DNA of 64,000 nt, taken from positions 62,001-126,000 of IMG/VR virus record IMGVR_UViG_3300042453_005404, one strand, 5' to 3'. The notes below the pieces were generated by a model, which was given only the letters and a program-made list of their open reading frames with translations, did no database searches and was not told the DNA's origin. Below, piece by piece: positions 51,324 through 60,052 of the stretch; position 1 is the first letter of the stretch; each line of letters opens with the position of its first letter. Both the position numbers and the translations under genes were made by a program.

Positions 51324-51486
51324 GTGGCATACTTTACCATAGGTAAACTGTATCAAAACGTTACAAAAAACGAAGCTTCTTGCTGATGATGGCACAGTTT
51401 ATCAGGCAGCGATTTTGAAAAACACACGTTACATACAAATCTGGTTTAAACCCGTTTCGTCATTTTCGGACATAGTTAAGTTATGA
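51324..51486 (+). pseudogene. Possible deleted/frameshifted SH3-like family remnant
   Basis: Frame 1 TIGKLYQ joins, after an A6 run (51365-70), frame 2 KLLADDGTVY; middle of the domain absent. Confidence 0.4.
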
Positions 51487-51828
51487 ATGATAAAAATATT
51501 GACAGGTGCCGAGCTAGTTCCCGGCAAAATGTATACTATTTGGGGGCGTTTGAATCGTGATACGTGGCCCGCATATCATCAACGACCAACTCTTCAATCA
51601 CCATCAACTGTTGCAACTGTTGCTCCATTGTTTCCATTGGAGCCATTTGTGTTTTTAGAACGCACGCCAAGTGAGTTTAGATGGAATGAAACCGATCCAA
51701 TGTATGACTACAAAATATTGACTTGTGACGGCGTTGTGGGCTGGCTATGCTTTCATGACGATGATTTGTCTGCTTTGGGTATTGGTTTTCGTGAATATGA
51801 TCCAAAAGACTTTGAAGTAAACCTTTAA
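51487..51828 (+). CDS. Divergent SH3-like family member
   Basis: LVPGKMY...FVFLE...KILTCDGVVGWL. Confidence 0.7.
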   Translation: MIKILTGAELVPGKMYTIWGRLNRDTWPAYHQRPTLQSPSTVATVAPLFPLEPFVFLERTPSEFRWNETDPMYDYKILTCDGVVGWLCFHDDDLSALGIGFREYDPKDFEVNL

Positions 51829-51868
51829 ATCGTAGCAACAACTTGATATACTAAAACTAGTTAAACCT

Positions 51869-51979
51869 ATGAGCATTCAAAGCATAATTTCTGCCACAGT
51901 GTTTGCAAGTGTTTTCTTTTTGTGGATATTCACTTGTCCAATGATAACACACAAAAAGTGTTGCTGTTGTAAAAACTAA
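51869..51979 (+). CDS. Small membrane peptide with Cys-rich tail (36 aa)
   Basis: Hydrophobic helix then KKCCCCKN; promoter TTTAAA(51824)-17-TATACT upstream. Confidence 0.4.
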   Translation: MSIQSIISATVFASVFFLWIFTCPMITHKKCCCCKN

Positions 51980-51995
51980 CAAAAGGAAGCAAATC

Positions 51996-52193
51996 GTGCG
52001 TAACTATGAAAAACAAAAAGATCTTGTTAATGCCAATCTTGTTGAAGGTGAGTTGATCAACTACAAAAACAAAGTTTGCAGAGTTTCTATATCCCGTGGT
52101 GGCCCTTTAGACAAACCAAAAGTAAGTGTTGTTTTAACTCCTATGCCTCAAATCACAATCACAGAAGACACAGAAATCATTGTTTCTACATAA
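51996..52193 (+). CDS. Hypothetical protein
   Basis: AAGGA RBS, GTG start. Confidence 0.5.
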   Translation: MRNYEKQKDLVNANLVEGELINYKNKVCRVSISRGGPLDKPKVSVVLTPMPQITITEDTEIIVST

Positions 52194-52328
52194 ACGTTTA
52201 TGACTTTCCGCCATGAGCTTTATGTTGTTTTTTGGATTGTTGTTGTTTTGTACGCATATGCGTTAGGTTTCGCACTCGCAAAATGCTAATATGCCTTGAT
52301 TACAAGCACAAACAAAAAATAAAATACC

Positions 52329-52363
52329 TTTAGATGTTCATGAACATATGATATTCTATATGC
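52329..52363 (+). promoter_or_regulatory. Leaderless sigma70-like promoter
   Basis: TTTAGA-17-TATTCT-6-ATG(52364). Confidence 0.8.
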
Positions 52364-53503
52364 ATGATGAACGTTCACCCGGCTCTTCGTTTCTCGTTTG
52401 ACCATCTTCGCACGGCTCTTATGACCCGTGTGGATTCTGGTGCAATCAACATCACTCGCAAGGGTTCTCTGGCCCTTTTCAACTATTCCAAGGATTGTCA
52501 GTTTGAGCATCTTTGGGATGATTATACCATCATGGCCCGTGGTCTTATTCTCGACATGGAGAATGAGTCTATTGTGGCTCTTCCTTTTCCCAAGTTCTTC
52601 AATGCGTCGGAGAAGGAGGGTGCTAGTGTTGTCAAGTTTGATGCTCCCTTTGATGCGTATACCAAGATGGACGGATCGCTGGGTATCGTGTATTTCCACA
52701 ATGGTTCATGGCACGTTGCAACCCGTGGTTCGTTTACGTCCGAACAGTCTGTGTGGGCAGAGAAGTGGCTGCACGATAACCTCAAGCCTTATCACCAGCT
52801 TGATCAGAATGTGACATATCTTTGTGAGATTATCTATGACAGCAACCGTATTGTTATCAACTACCCTTTTGAGGGTTTGGTGATGCTTGGTGCTTATAAC
52901 CGTGTTACCGGCATTGAGCTTGACTATGATCGTGATTTGCGTCCGTTGTGTGAGCGTATCGGTATGATGCTTGCAGAGCGTCACCAGTTCACTTCATTTG
53001 TTGCTGCACAGGAGTTTGTCAAGACTCTTCCCGGCAACGAGGAAGGTTTCGTTATTCGTTTTCGGGATTCTGGCGAGCGTGTAAAGCTCAAGGGTTCTGA
53101 ATATTGCTCTTTGCACAAGATGATTAGCAACATTACTCCTTTGGCTATCTGGGAGCTTTTGTGTGCGGGTTACTCCATTGAAGATTACAAGAAGGCTTTG
53201 CCGGAAGAGTTTTGGGATGAGGTTGACGAGATTGTTGGTCATTTCCAGCGTCGTGCTGCTTGTGTTATGCTGGATGTTGTGAACCTTTATTCCGAGGTTT
53301 CTGATTTGTCTGACAAGGATCTTGGTTTGAAGCTGGCTGGCGAGTTCAAGCGTCGTGAGAATGCTTCGTTGCTGTTCCCTTATCGTAAGAAGGGAACGGC
53401 TTTGGTTCACGGTTTGGTGATGAAGTCTTTGCGGCCTACTGGAAACGTGATTGAGGGATATGTGCCGTCTGCCATGCTCCAGCGTTCTCAGTCGGAGGAA
53501 TGA
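52364..53503 (+). CDS. RNA ligase (T4 Rnl1-like)
   Basis: ARGLI...PFPKFFN, KMDGSLG, ATRGSF, EGFVI, VKLKG.EY. Confidence 0.9.
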   Translation: MMNVHPALRFSFDHLRTALMTRVDSGAINITRKGSLALFNYSKDCQFEHLWDDYTIMARGLILDMENESIVALPFPKFFNASEKEGASVVKFDAPFDAYTKMDGSLGIVYFHNGSWHVATRGSFTSEQSVWAEKWLHDNLKPYHQLDQNVTYLCEIIYDSNRIVINYPFEGLVMLGAYNRVTGIELDYDRDLRPLCERIGMMLAERHQFTSFVAAQEFVKTLPGNEEGFVIRFRDSGERVKLKGSEYCSLHKMISNITPLAIWELLCAGYSIEDYKKALPEEFWDEVDEIVGHFQRRAACVMLDVVNLYSEVSDLSDKDLGLKLAGEFKRRENASLLFPYRKKGTALVHGLVMKSLRPTGNVIEGYVPSAMLQRSQSEE

Positions 53504-53505
53504 TC

Positions 53506-53811
53506 ATGCAACTCGGCAAGATGTATTTGGTTAAAGAGCTTTTCTGGTTTCTTTATCCAACAAAAGAACGGGCGGAGTATGGGCGTGCGAGGGCGGCGTC
53601 CGTTGCGGCGATGGCGTGGCGGTGGGCGGCGAATAATGCAAAAGTGTTAAGCGAACGTTATAAATGCAACGTTTTTGTTGTTGAAGAAAACACTTGCGTT
53701 GTTTTGCTTGAAGTAGATGATGATTATTACAAGTTTCTTGATTGTAATGGAAACATTGGTTGGATTATTTGTCGGGATTTCTCCAACTATTTCGAGATTG
53801 CAAAGGAATAA
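53506..53811 (+). CDS. Hypervariable SH3-like protein A5
   Basis: Same framework; insert 53569-53631. Confidence 0.85.
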   Translation: MQLGKMYLVKELFWFLYPTKERAEYGRARAASVAAMAWRWAANNAKVLSERYKCNVFVVEENTCVVLLEVDDDYYKFLDCNGNIGWIICRDFSNYFEIAKE

Positions 53812-53817
53812 GCAACA

Positions 53818-54138
53818 ATGCAACTTGGTAAGATGTATTTGGTTAAAGAGCTTTTCTGGCTTCTCTTTCCAACAAAAGAAGTAGCGTGCGACCTTATGGC
53901 GATAGGCTGGGACAGCCCACTGGAGGCAACAGTGGAGAAGGGGCAGGCTTATCAAGAAGCAGACTATATAAGTGAACATATGTGTTGCGACGTTGCTGTG
54001 GTGGAAGAAAATACTTGTTTTGTGTTGCTTGAGCAAGATGAAAAGCTTTTCAAACTTCTTGATTGCAACGGTAACATTGGTTGGATATGGTGTAGGTGTT
54101 TGTCTTTTTCCAAGTATTTCGAACTTGTAAAGGAATAA
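53818..54138 (+). CDS. Hypervariable SH3-like protein A6
   Basis: Same framework; insert less GC-rich. Confidence 0.85.
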   Translation: MQLGKMYLVKELFWLLFPTKEVACDLMAIGWDSPLEATVEKGQAYQEADYISEHMCCDVAVVEENTCFVLLEQDEKLFKLLDCNGNIGWIWCRCLSFSKYFELVKE

Positions 54139-54144
54139 GCAACA

Positions 54145-54447
54145 ATGCAACTTGGTAAGATGTATTTGGTTAAAGAGTATTATTGGTTTATGTTTCCAAC
54201 AAAAGAACTAGCGGAGGCCATCGCCGCTGGACGGCGGGCGCTGGCCGCACTCGATGCGGGCGCTGCGGGACGGAGGGTGGCGAGCGAAGATTATAACTGC
54301 AACAACGTTTCTTTTGTTGAAGAAAACACTTACGTTGTTTTGCTTGAACAAGACAATGATTATATCAAAATTCTTGACTCAAATGGAAACATTGGTTGGA
54401 TTGTTTGTTGGGATTTTTCCGACTTTTTCGAACTTGTAAAGGAATAA
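54145..54447 (+). CDS. Hypervariable SH3-like protein A7
   Basis: Same framework; insert from 54211. Confidence 0.85.
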   Translation: MQLGKMYLVKEYYWFMFPTKELAEAIAAGRRALAALDAGAAGRRVASEDYNCNNVSFVEENTYVVLLEQDNDYIKILDSNGNIGWIVCWDFSDFFELVKE

Positions 54448-54453
54448 GCAACA

Positions 54454-54750
54454 ATGCAACTTGGTAAGATGTATCGTTTTACAGAAAGAGCAAAACGAGC
54501 TTGCATAAGGTATGCAATCAAAAACCGTTGGCCTCTCACGTTCTCTTCCGAGGTTAGTCTCGCAAAAGGTCGAGTGCGGGCGCAATATCCATTGGATTCA
54601 TGCATTGTTGTGTTAGAGTCTCACGAAACAACAACTTCTGGAAAGCTTTTGTCTGGTAAAACATCACGCAGACTTAAGGTTTTACTTCCTGATGGTAAGA
54701 TTGGTACGATGTATGTGGATACAACAGAATGGGAACAGGTAACTGAATGA
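54454..54750 (+). CDS. Divergent SH3-like family member sharing only MQLGKMY with the array
   Basis: Identical upstream junction, then divergent; KVLLPDGKIG. Confidence 0.7.
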   Translation: MQLGKMYRFTERAKRACIRYAIKNRWPLTFSSEVSLAKGRVRAQYPLDSCIVVLESHETTTSGKLLSGKTSRRLKVLLPDGKIGTMYVDTTEWEQVTE

Positions 54751-54814
54751 TTATGGTACTTTGCTTTGCTGCTAGCCTTTGTTTGGCGATTTGCTCACGA
54801 AAGCAAATCGTTCG

Positions 54815-54994
54815 ATGAAAACCATTAAACTACCAGAAACCATTGAACGTTCAACAGTGCTACTTGTTTTTGGCTTAATCGTGTTTTCTGGCATGATCGG
54901 TTTTGCTTTTGGTGCTGATGCCGGTTATGCCAAAGGATTCCAAGATGGTTCACAAAGCCGCACTGTTTCTCCCATACCTCTTCAAATGCCCTAA
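54815..54994 (+). CDS. Small membrane protein
   Basis: TM helix followed by GY.KG..DG. Confidence 0.5.
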   Translation: MKTIKLPETIERSTVLLVFGLIVFSGMIGFAFGADAGYAKGFQDGSQSRTVSPIPLQMP

Positions 54995-55026
54995 AATCCA
55001 GCGGTTTAAGAAAAAGCAATAATACG

Positions 55027-55061
55027 TTTAGATATTCGTGAACGTATGCTATTCTAAAAGC
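55027..55061 (+). promoter_or_regulatory. Leaderless sigma70-like promoter
   Basis: TTTAGA-17-TATTCT-6-ATG(55062). Confidence 0.8.
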
Positions 55062-55256
55062 ATGAAGAACAACACGGTTTCTGCTCGTCGTCTCGCTCGT
55101 TCGATGGAGTCTAGCGTCAAGCTTATCGCTCGCAAGTTTGCACGCTTGAACGAAGCACAGCGTCTTCGTGCAATGCAGATTATTGCGAACATGGATGATC
55201 TTAGGTCGTTTGAGTCCATCGTTCGTAACTCGTTTGTGTGCAACACGGAGCTCTGA
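55062..55256 (+). CDS. Hypothetical protein
   Basis: Start defined by promoter geometry (MKNNTV). Confidence 0.6.
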   Translation: MKNNTVSARRLARSMESSVKLIARKFARLNEAQRLRAMQIIANMDDLRSFESIVRNSFVCNTEL

Positions 55257-55259
55257 AAC

Positions 55260-55466
55260 ATGGGATACGTAAAAGACATGGTGCTTCACAAGCAAGAAGA
55301 GCTTGCTGGTGAGATTCACGAAGATGCTTTTCTCGCTTATCTGGAAGAGATGGAGCAGATTCAAAACAATCACATTCTGGCAGATCATGTGATTCTTAGC
55401 AATGGCAAGCGTTGCTATATTCAAGCGAACTGTTATCCTGCTGACGGTGTGTGTGAGTGCAAGTAA
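55260..55466 (+). CDS. Hypothetical protein
   Basis: MGYVKDM.. N-terminus; TAATG-coupled to A8. Confidence 0.6.
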   Translation: MGYVKDMVLHKQEELAGEIHEDAFLAYLEEMEQIQNNHILADHVILSNGKRCYIQANCYPADGVCECK

Positions 55467-55741
55467 TGCAACTCGGTAAGATGCATTTGGTTAAAGAGTG
55501 GTTTTGGTTTCTTTATCCAACAAAAGAAAAGACGTGGCGCTCGGGGCCAGCGGCGAGGGCGGATAATGCAAAATTGTTAAGCGAACATGTCCAATGCAAC
55601 GTTTTTGTTGTTGAACCAAACACTTGTGTTGTTTTGCTTGAAGTAGATAATGGTTATTTTAAGCTTCTTGATTCAAACGGAAACATTGGTTGGATTCGTT
55701 GTTGGAGTTTCGCCTCCTATTTCGAGCTTGTAAAGGAATAA
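55466..55741 (+). CDS. Hypervariable SH3-like protein A8
   Basis: Same framework; shortest insert 55529-55561. Confidence 0.85.
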   Translation: MQLGKMHLVKEWFWFLYPTKEKTWRSGPAARADNAKLLSEHVQCNVFVVEPNTCVVLLEVDNGYFKLLDSNGNIGWIRCWSFASYFELVKE

Positions 55742-55747
55742 GCAACA

Positions 55748-56047
55748 ATGCAACTTGGTAAGATGTATTTGGTTAAAGATTGGTTTTGGTTTCTTTATCC
55801 AACAAAAGAACTGGCGATGCGTGGGCGGAGCTCGGGGGAGGGGGCGATGACGCTGGCGAACGGGCGGCTGGGCGCAGAATGGTTGAGCCAAGAATTTAAA
55901 TGCAACGTTGGTGTTGTTGAACCAAACACTTGCTTTGTCTTGCTTGAAGTAGATGAAGTATATTTCAAGGTTCTTGATTGTAATGGAAACATTGGTTGGA
56001 CTTATTGCTTTGATTTCTCTGGTTATTTCGAACTTGTAAAGGAATAA
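55748..56047 (+). CDS. Hypervariable SH3-like protein A9
   Basis: Flanks identical to A4; insert 55816-55877. Confidence 0.85.
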   Translation: MQLGKMYLVKDWFWFLYPTKELAMRGRSSGEGAMTLANGRLGAEWLSQEFKCNVGVVEPNTCFVLLEVDEVYFKVLDCNGNIGWTYCFDFSGYFELVKE

Positions 56048-56051
56048 AGCA

Positions 56052-56351
56052 ATGAACGATCTTCAACTCGGTAAGATGTATTTGGTTAAAGAGTGGTTTT
56101 GGTTTCTTTATCCAACAAAAGAACTGGCGGCGGGGTTCTCGTCGCCGTCGAGGGCGGAGTGGTGGTGTAATGCAAAAGTGTTAAGCGAACGTTATAAATG
56201 CAACGTTTTTGTTGTTGAACCAAACACTTGCGTTGTTTTGCTTGAAGTAGATAATGGTTATTTTAAGCTTCTTGATTCAAACGGTAACATTGGTTGGATA
56301 TGGTGTAGGTGTTTGGCTTTTTCCAAGCATTTCGAACTTGTCAAGGAATAA
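56052..56351 (+). CDS. Hypervariable SH3-like protein A10
   Basis: Insert 56124-56165, 13/14 codons NNG. Confidence 0.85.
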   Translation: MNDLQLGKMYLVKEWFWFLYPTKELAAGFSSPSRAEWWCNAKVLSERYKCNVFVVEPNTCVVLLEVDNGYFKLLDSNGNIGWIWCRCLAFSKHFELVKE

Positions 56352-56355
56352 AGCA

Positions 56356-56688
56356 ATGCAACTTGGTAAGATGTATTTGGTTAAAGAGTATTGTTGGTTT
56401 CTTTATCCAACAAAAGAACTGGCCTCGACGACGGGGCCACGGTGGTCGAGCGTGAGGCGGTGGCCCTCCGACGAGGAGCGCACGGTGGCTTATCGAGATG
56501 CAAAATGGTTGAGCCAAGCATTTAAATGCAACGTTGGTGTTGTTGAACCAAAAACTAGTTTTGTCTTGCTTGAACAAGACAAGGATCATTTCAAGGTTCT
56601 TGATTCAAACGGAAACATTGGTTGGATTCGTAGCGATGATTTTTCGAAAAATTTCAAGGTTTTGAATGAAAAGAAGAATAACCTTTAG
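56356..56688 (+). CDS. Hypervariable SH3-like protein A11
   Basis: Start at MQLGKMY (56356); insert from 56419. Confidence 0.85.
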   Translation: MQLGKMYLVKEYCWFLYPTKELASTTGPRWSSVRRWPSDEERTVAYRDAKWLSQAFKCNVGVVEPKTSFVLLEQDKDHFKVLDSNGNIGWIRSDDFSKNFKVLNEKKNNL

Positions 56689-56718
56689 ATATGTCAAATA
56701 TTTTGGTATTATAGAAGT
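56684..56718 (+). promoter_or_regulatory. Leaderless sigma70-like promoter
   Basis: TTTAGA-17-TATTAT-6-ATG(56719). Confidence 0.8.
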
Positions 56719-57477
56719 ATGAAGCGAACGATTGTAATCGGTGATGTACATGGTTGCCTTGCAGAGCTCAAGGAGCTTGTTGACGAGGTTGGATATGTTC
56801 GTGGTGAGGATCGATTGATTCTTGCTGGTGATCTTGTGGATCGTGGTGTAGATTCTGCTGGAGTTGTTCGTTATGCAATGAAGATTGGTGCCGAGGCTGT
56901 TTGCGGCAATCATGACAACAAGCTTTTGCGTCGTTCCAAGCACCTTGCACGGCAGCGTAGCAATCCCGCATACGTCAACCCGATGAAGCCTTGCGAAGAC
57001 CAAGAAAACACTCTTGCGAGTCTTGGTGATGCAGAGTTGGCGTGGCTTGGATCTTTGCCTTATCATATCAAGCTTGACGAGTTTAACGCTGTTGTGGCTC
57101 ATGCTGGCATTGTTCCCGGTGTTCCTCTTGTTCGTCAACGTGATGAAGCGTTTATGATGGTTCGTTACGTTGATAAGGATAACGGCAAGATGAAGCATAT
57201 GGTTATGCCGGGATATCTTCGTCCAGAAAACAGTGATTACTGGGCAGATAAGTTTGACAGCAGCTTTGATGTTATCTTTGGCCACAACGTTGTTGGATTG
57301 AAGGATATCAAGGTTTGGGAAAACACTAACGGTGGTCGTTGCTTTGGTATCGATACTGGTTGTGTGTTTGGAGGACGCTTGAGCGCCCTTGTTATGCAAG
57401 CTCGCAGCAAGCCTTATGAGGTTATTCAAGTACAAGCACACAAGCAACACTGCGTTTCTGATCTATTTTCAGAGTGA
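56719..57477 (+). CDS. Metallophosphoesterase (ApaH/PrpA/Pnkp-phosphatase-like)
   Basis: GDVHG, GDLVDRG, GNHD, HAG, FGH, DTGC. Confidence 0.9.
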   Translation: MKRTIVIGDVHGCLAELKELVDEVGYVRGEDRLILAGDLVDRGVDSAGVVRYAMKIGAEAVCGNHDNKLLRRSKHLARQRSNPAYVNPMKPCEDQENTLASLGDAELAWLGSLPYHIKLDEFNAVVAHAGIVPGVPLVRQRDEAFMMVRYVDKDNGKMKHMVMPGYLRPENSDYWADKFDSSFDVIFGHNVVGLKDIKVWENTNGGRCFGIDTGCVFGGRLSALVMQARSKPYEVIQVQAHKQHCVSDLFSE

Positions 57478-57489
57478 AAAGAGCATAAT

Positions 57490-57883
57490 ATGGAAAACAA
57501 ACATAAGCACTTTACAGTATTCAACAATCGATGGTTTATGCTGTTTCGAGAGCAAGCAGGAGTGATTAGCGAAAGCCCTTGTTGGGTTTTGTTTTACGAC
57601 TGTTATTCGCATTACAACGAATCTTTGATCAAGCTTTTGATTGAAGCTGCAAGAGAATACAAAAGCGATAGACACCTAGCAATGTAAGTCAAAAATGAAC
57701 AACGACGAAAAGCAAAAACTTATCGACGATTTCGAAAAAGCTATTAGCGAGATTCGTGTGTTGCGTTACACTTCTCCAGATGAAGAGCTAAAAGGTCTTA
57801 GAGTTCATTTGTTTGAGAATGAATGGGATAGGTTGGAGCACACTATTAGAGAACTAAGAAAGAATGAAACCGAAGAAAGGTAA
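57490..57883 (+). CDS. Two small hypothetical proteins (57490-57687, 57695-57883)
   Basis: Consecutive co-directional ORFs. Confidence 0.5.
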
Positions 57884-58148
57884 GCTTTACACACTAGAGC
57901 TTAAATGGAACACAGATCCTGCGAATATCAGATCTGTTGCTGTATGGAATCGCAGACTTGATGTTGGTGACTTTATGGATAAATCATTAGTGATAGGCAG
58001 AATCGAATACAACAAAGATATGTTTATCTTTTTGGAAGATGGAACAAACGGATTTAGCCAAAAGAGTCCAAAGATTTTGACCAGCGATGGAGTTGTTGGG
58101 TATATTGTGCCAAACTATGATATCTGTTCGATGAAACGGGTTAAGTAG
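57864..58148 (+). CDS. Divergent SH3-like family member
   Basis: KKGKLYTL...FIFLEDG...KILTSDGVVGYI. Confidence 0.7.
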   Translation: MKPKKGKLYTLELKWNTDPANIRSVAVWNRRLDVGDFMDKSLVIGRIEYNKDMFIFLEDGTNGFSQKSPKILTSDGVVGYIVPNYDICSMKRVK

Positions 58149-58161
58149 AAAGAAGACGACT

Positions 58162-59364
58162 ATGAGCGAACGTTATCAGATTATAATCAAGGCTGGGGAG
58201 CATACTTTTCATTTCAAAACCAAGACAAGGGTTGGGGAGTTTTGGAACTTCTCAGAGGAGATGAAGGAGCATATTGATTGGGAGCAGATGGCTATTGGAT
58301 TGGACAAAAAGACCAAGGAAGTTTTGGACTCTGTGAGTTGTCCTAAGTGTAAGTCTAGCACACAGGAAACATTTATGGAGGGTCAGTATCTTGTTCCTTC
58401 TAGTGACAGGGATGCTATTATCAAGGCTTGCACTAAATGTCAGTGGTCTAGGTTGGAGCGACTATGAGTGATATAAAGTTTCCAGTTGTATCAAAAGAAA
58501 TTATTGACAAAGTTTTTACTTCTGATGATGGATGGACTACTGTATATGAGGGTCCAACCATCGTAAGCAGTGCAAGTATTATGCCACAGATTTATGTGCC
58601 GCTTCAAGTTTCTCATATATTCAAGAAGGAAGATAAAGAATGAAACGCTATTATGCCAAGGCTGACACATGGTTCAAGGAAGGAACGGAAGCGTTTAGAG
58701 AAGAAGAGATGTTTCCTTATGGTAGTTTGACTGATGGTGAAACTGGAGAGAAAACGGGCTCAGCGATTTATCGTGGGATTTACGTTATTGGATCTGGTGG
58801 CAGCTATCTTGATAAATCATACAAAGAAGGGGAAGAAGTTGAGATGCGAGAACATTGCTCGGACGATGAGTTTCTTGTGGTAGAGGAATAGGTTATGGGA
58901 ATAAATGGGGATACCAAGGATATTGGTTGGATTCAATGTAGCCAATGTGGGTGGGGTTGTGAAGTACATCGTTCAGAAGTTGAGATTGGGGATTATGTAG
59001 ATCGGCAATCATGTCCTGATTGTGGTCTTGGGCCATGTGAGATTGATTGGGATTATCCAGATGGTAAGGGTTGGGTAGCAGAAAAAGTTTGACTTATTGA
59101 TAATGGTATGATAGTTTAAACCTATCGAAAGCAAAGGAAAATATGAAAGCAACGTTTAAGTCATTTGTCGAAGGCGAGAAGCGATTCATTGTAGTAGGTG
59201 AGCCTCATGTATATCAGAATGGATTCCTTGTCACTTGTATTGATACAAGCACTGGAGAAACCGAAAGCAAAACTATCGCAAGCTCTGAGAGACTTGATCT
59301 ATGTGAGTTCGAACTAAAATGCCTTGGTAAAGTTGTTTGGGAAAAGAAGCTTATCCCAGTATGA
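58162..59364 (+). CDS. Run of five small hypothetical proteins (58162-58467 Zn-ribbon, 58464-58643, 58640-58891, 58895-59092 Zn-ribbon, 59143-59364)
   Basis: Coupled ORFs; CxxC pairs in two; 58464-58643 read manually. Confidence 0.55.
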
Positions 59365-59756
59365 CAGAGATAGAAGAAGAAAGAATGTGGCTCAAGTGTT
59401 TGGAGCTGGAACGAGAGAATAAACGTCTTCGTGAAATAATGAACATCGGATCGCTTTATACAGTGAAGAAGTATTTTTGGTTGCTTTTTCCAACAAAAGC
59501 CCTCACCGTGGGTGACGAACTGCACGCCGATGGCCACGGCCACGCCATCCCCTTCGCCGCCTTCGCCTCCATCGCCGCCGATTATTGGAGCAGACGATAC
59601 AACTGTGAAGTTACTTATTTTTGTCCTGATTCAATCGTTGTTTTCCTTGAAGAAGATGGAAATTACAAGAAAGTTCTGACTTCAGATGGAAAGATTGGTT
59701 GGATTTGGTTTGCTGAAGAATACTACAACGATTGCTTTGAGGAAGTAAATCCATGA
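59361..59756 (+). CDS. Hypervariable SH3-like protein, subfamily B copy 1 (with 26-aa N-terminal extension; core starts 59439)
   Basis: MNIGSLY.VKK.FW.LFPTK-[C-rich insert 59499-59579]-YWS...CEV.YF.PDS..VFLEEDG...KVLTSDGKIGW. Confidence 0.85.
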   Translation: MTEIEEERMWLKCLELERENKRLREIMNIGSLYTVKKYFWLLFPTKALTVGDELHADGHGHAIPFAAFASIAADYWSRRYNCEVTYFCPDSIVVFLEEDGNYKKVLTSDGKIGWIWFAEEYYNDCFEEVNP

Positions 59757-60052
59757 ACATTGGAAGCCTTTATAGGGTTAAGAAGTTTTATTGGTTGCTT
59801 TTTCCAACAAAAGAAATCGCCGCTGTAGCAGAACACCCCGCCTCCTCCCCCAGCGCCGCCGCCCTCGCCGCCGCCAGCGCCTATTGGAGCGGCCAGCTGA
59901 ACTGTGAAGTAACTTGTTTTTCTCCTGATTCCATTATTGTATTTCTTGAAGAAGATGGGAAATACAAGAAGGTTCTGACTTCTGAAGGAAGAATCGGATG
60001 GACTTGGTTTATTGAATCATATAACGAATGCTTTGAGGAAGTAAATCCATGA
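59753..60052 (+). CDS. Hypervariable SH3-like protein B2
   Basis: 16 consecutive NNC codons at 59834-59881. Confidence 0.85.
   Translation: MNIGSLYRVKKFYWLLFPTKEIAAVAEHPASSPSAAALAAASAYWSGQLNCEVTCFSPDSIIVFLEEDGKYKKVLTSEGRIGWTWFIESYNECFEEVNP

Noticed and set aside
56254-56355. N-terminal TM extension on A11 given by the ORF track
   Set aside because: It overlaps A10 in another frame; the family start MQLGKMY at 56356 with the usual TAAAGCA junction is the better start
48114-56688. Pure assembly artefact (collapsed or duplicated repeats)
   Set aside because: Every copy differs in framework and loop, all keep intact frames and coupled start/stop junctions. Chimeric ordering of copies remains possible and needs long reads
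46987-57450. Long antisense ORFs 46987-47691, 56605-57450 and similar
   Set aside because: In-register shadows of amidoligase, phosphoesterase and ligase genes; no motifs or start signals
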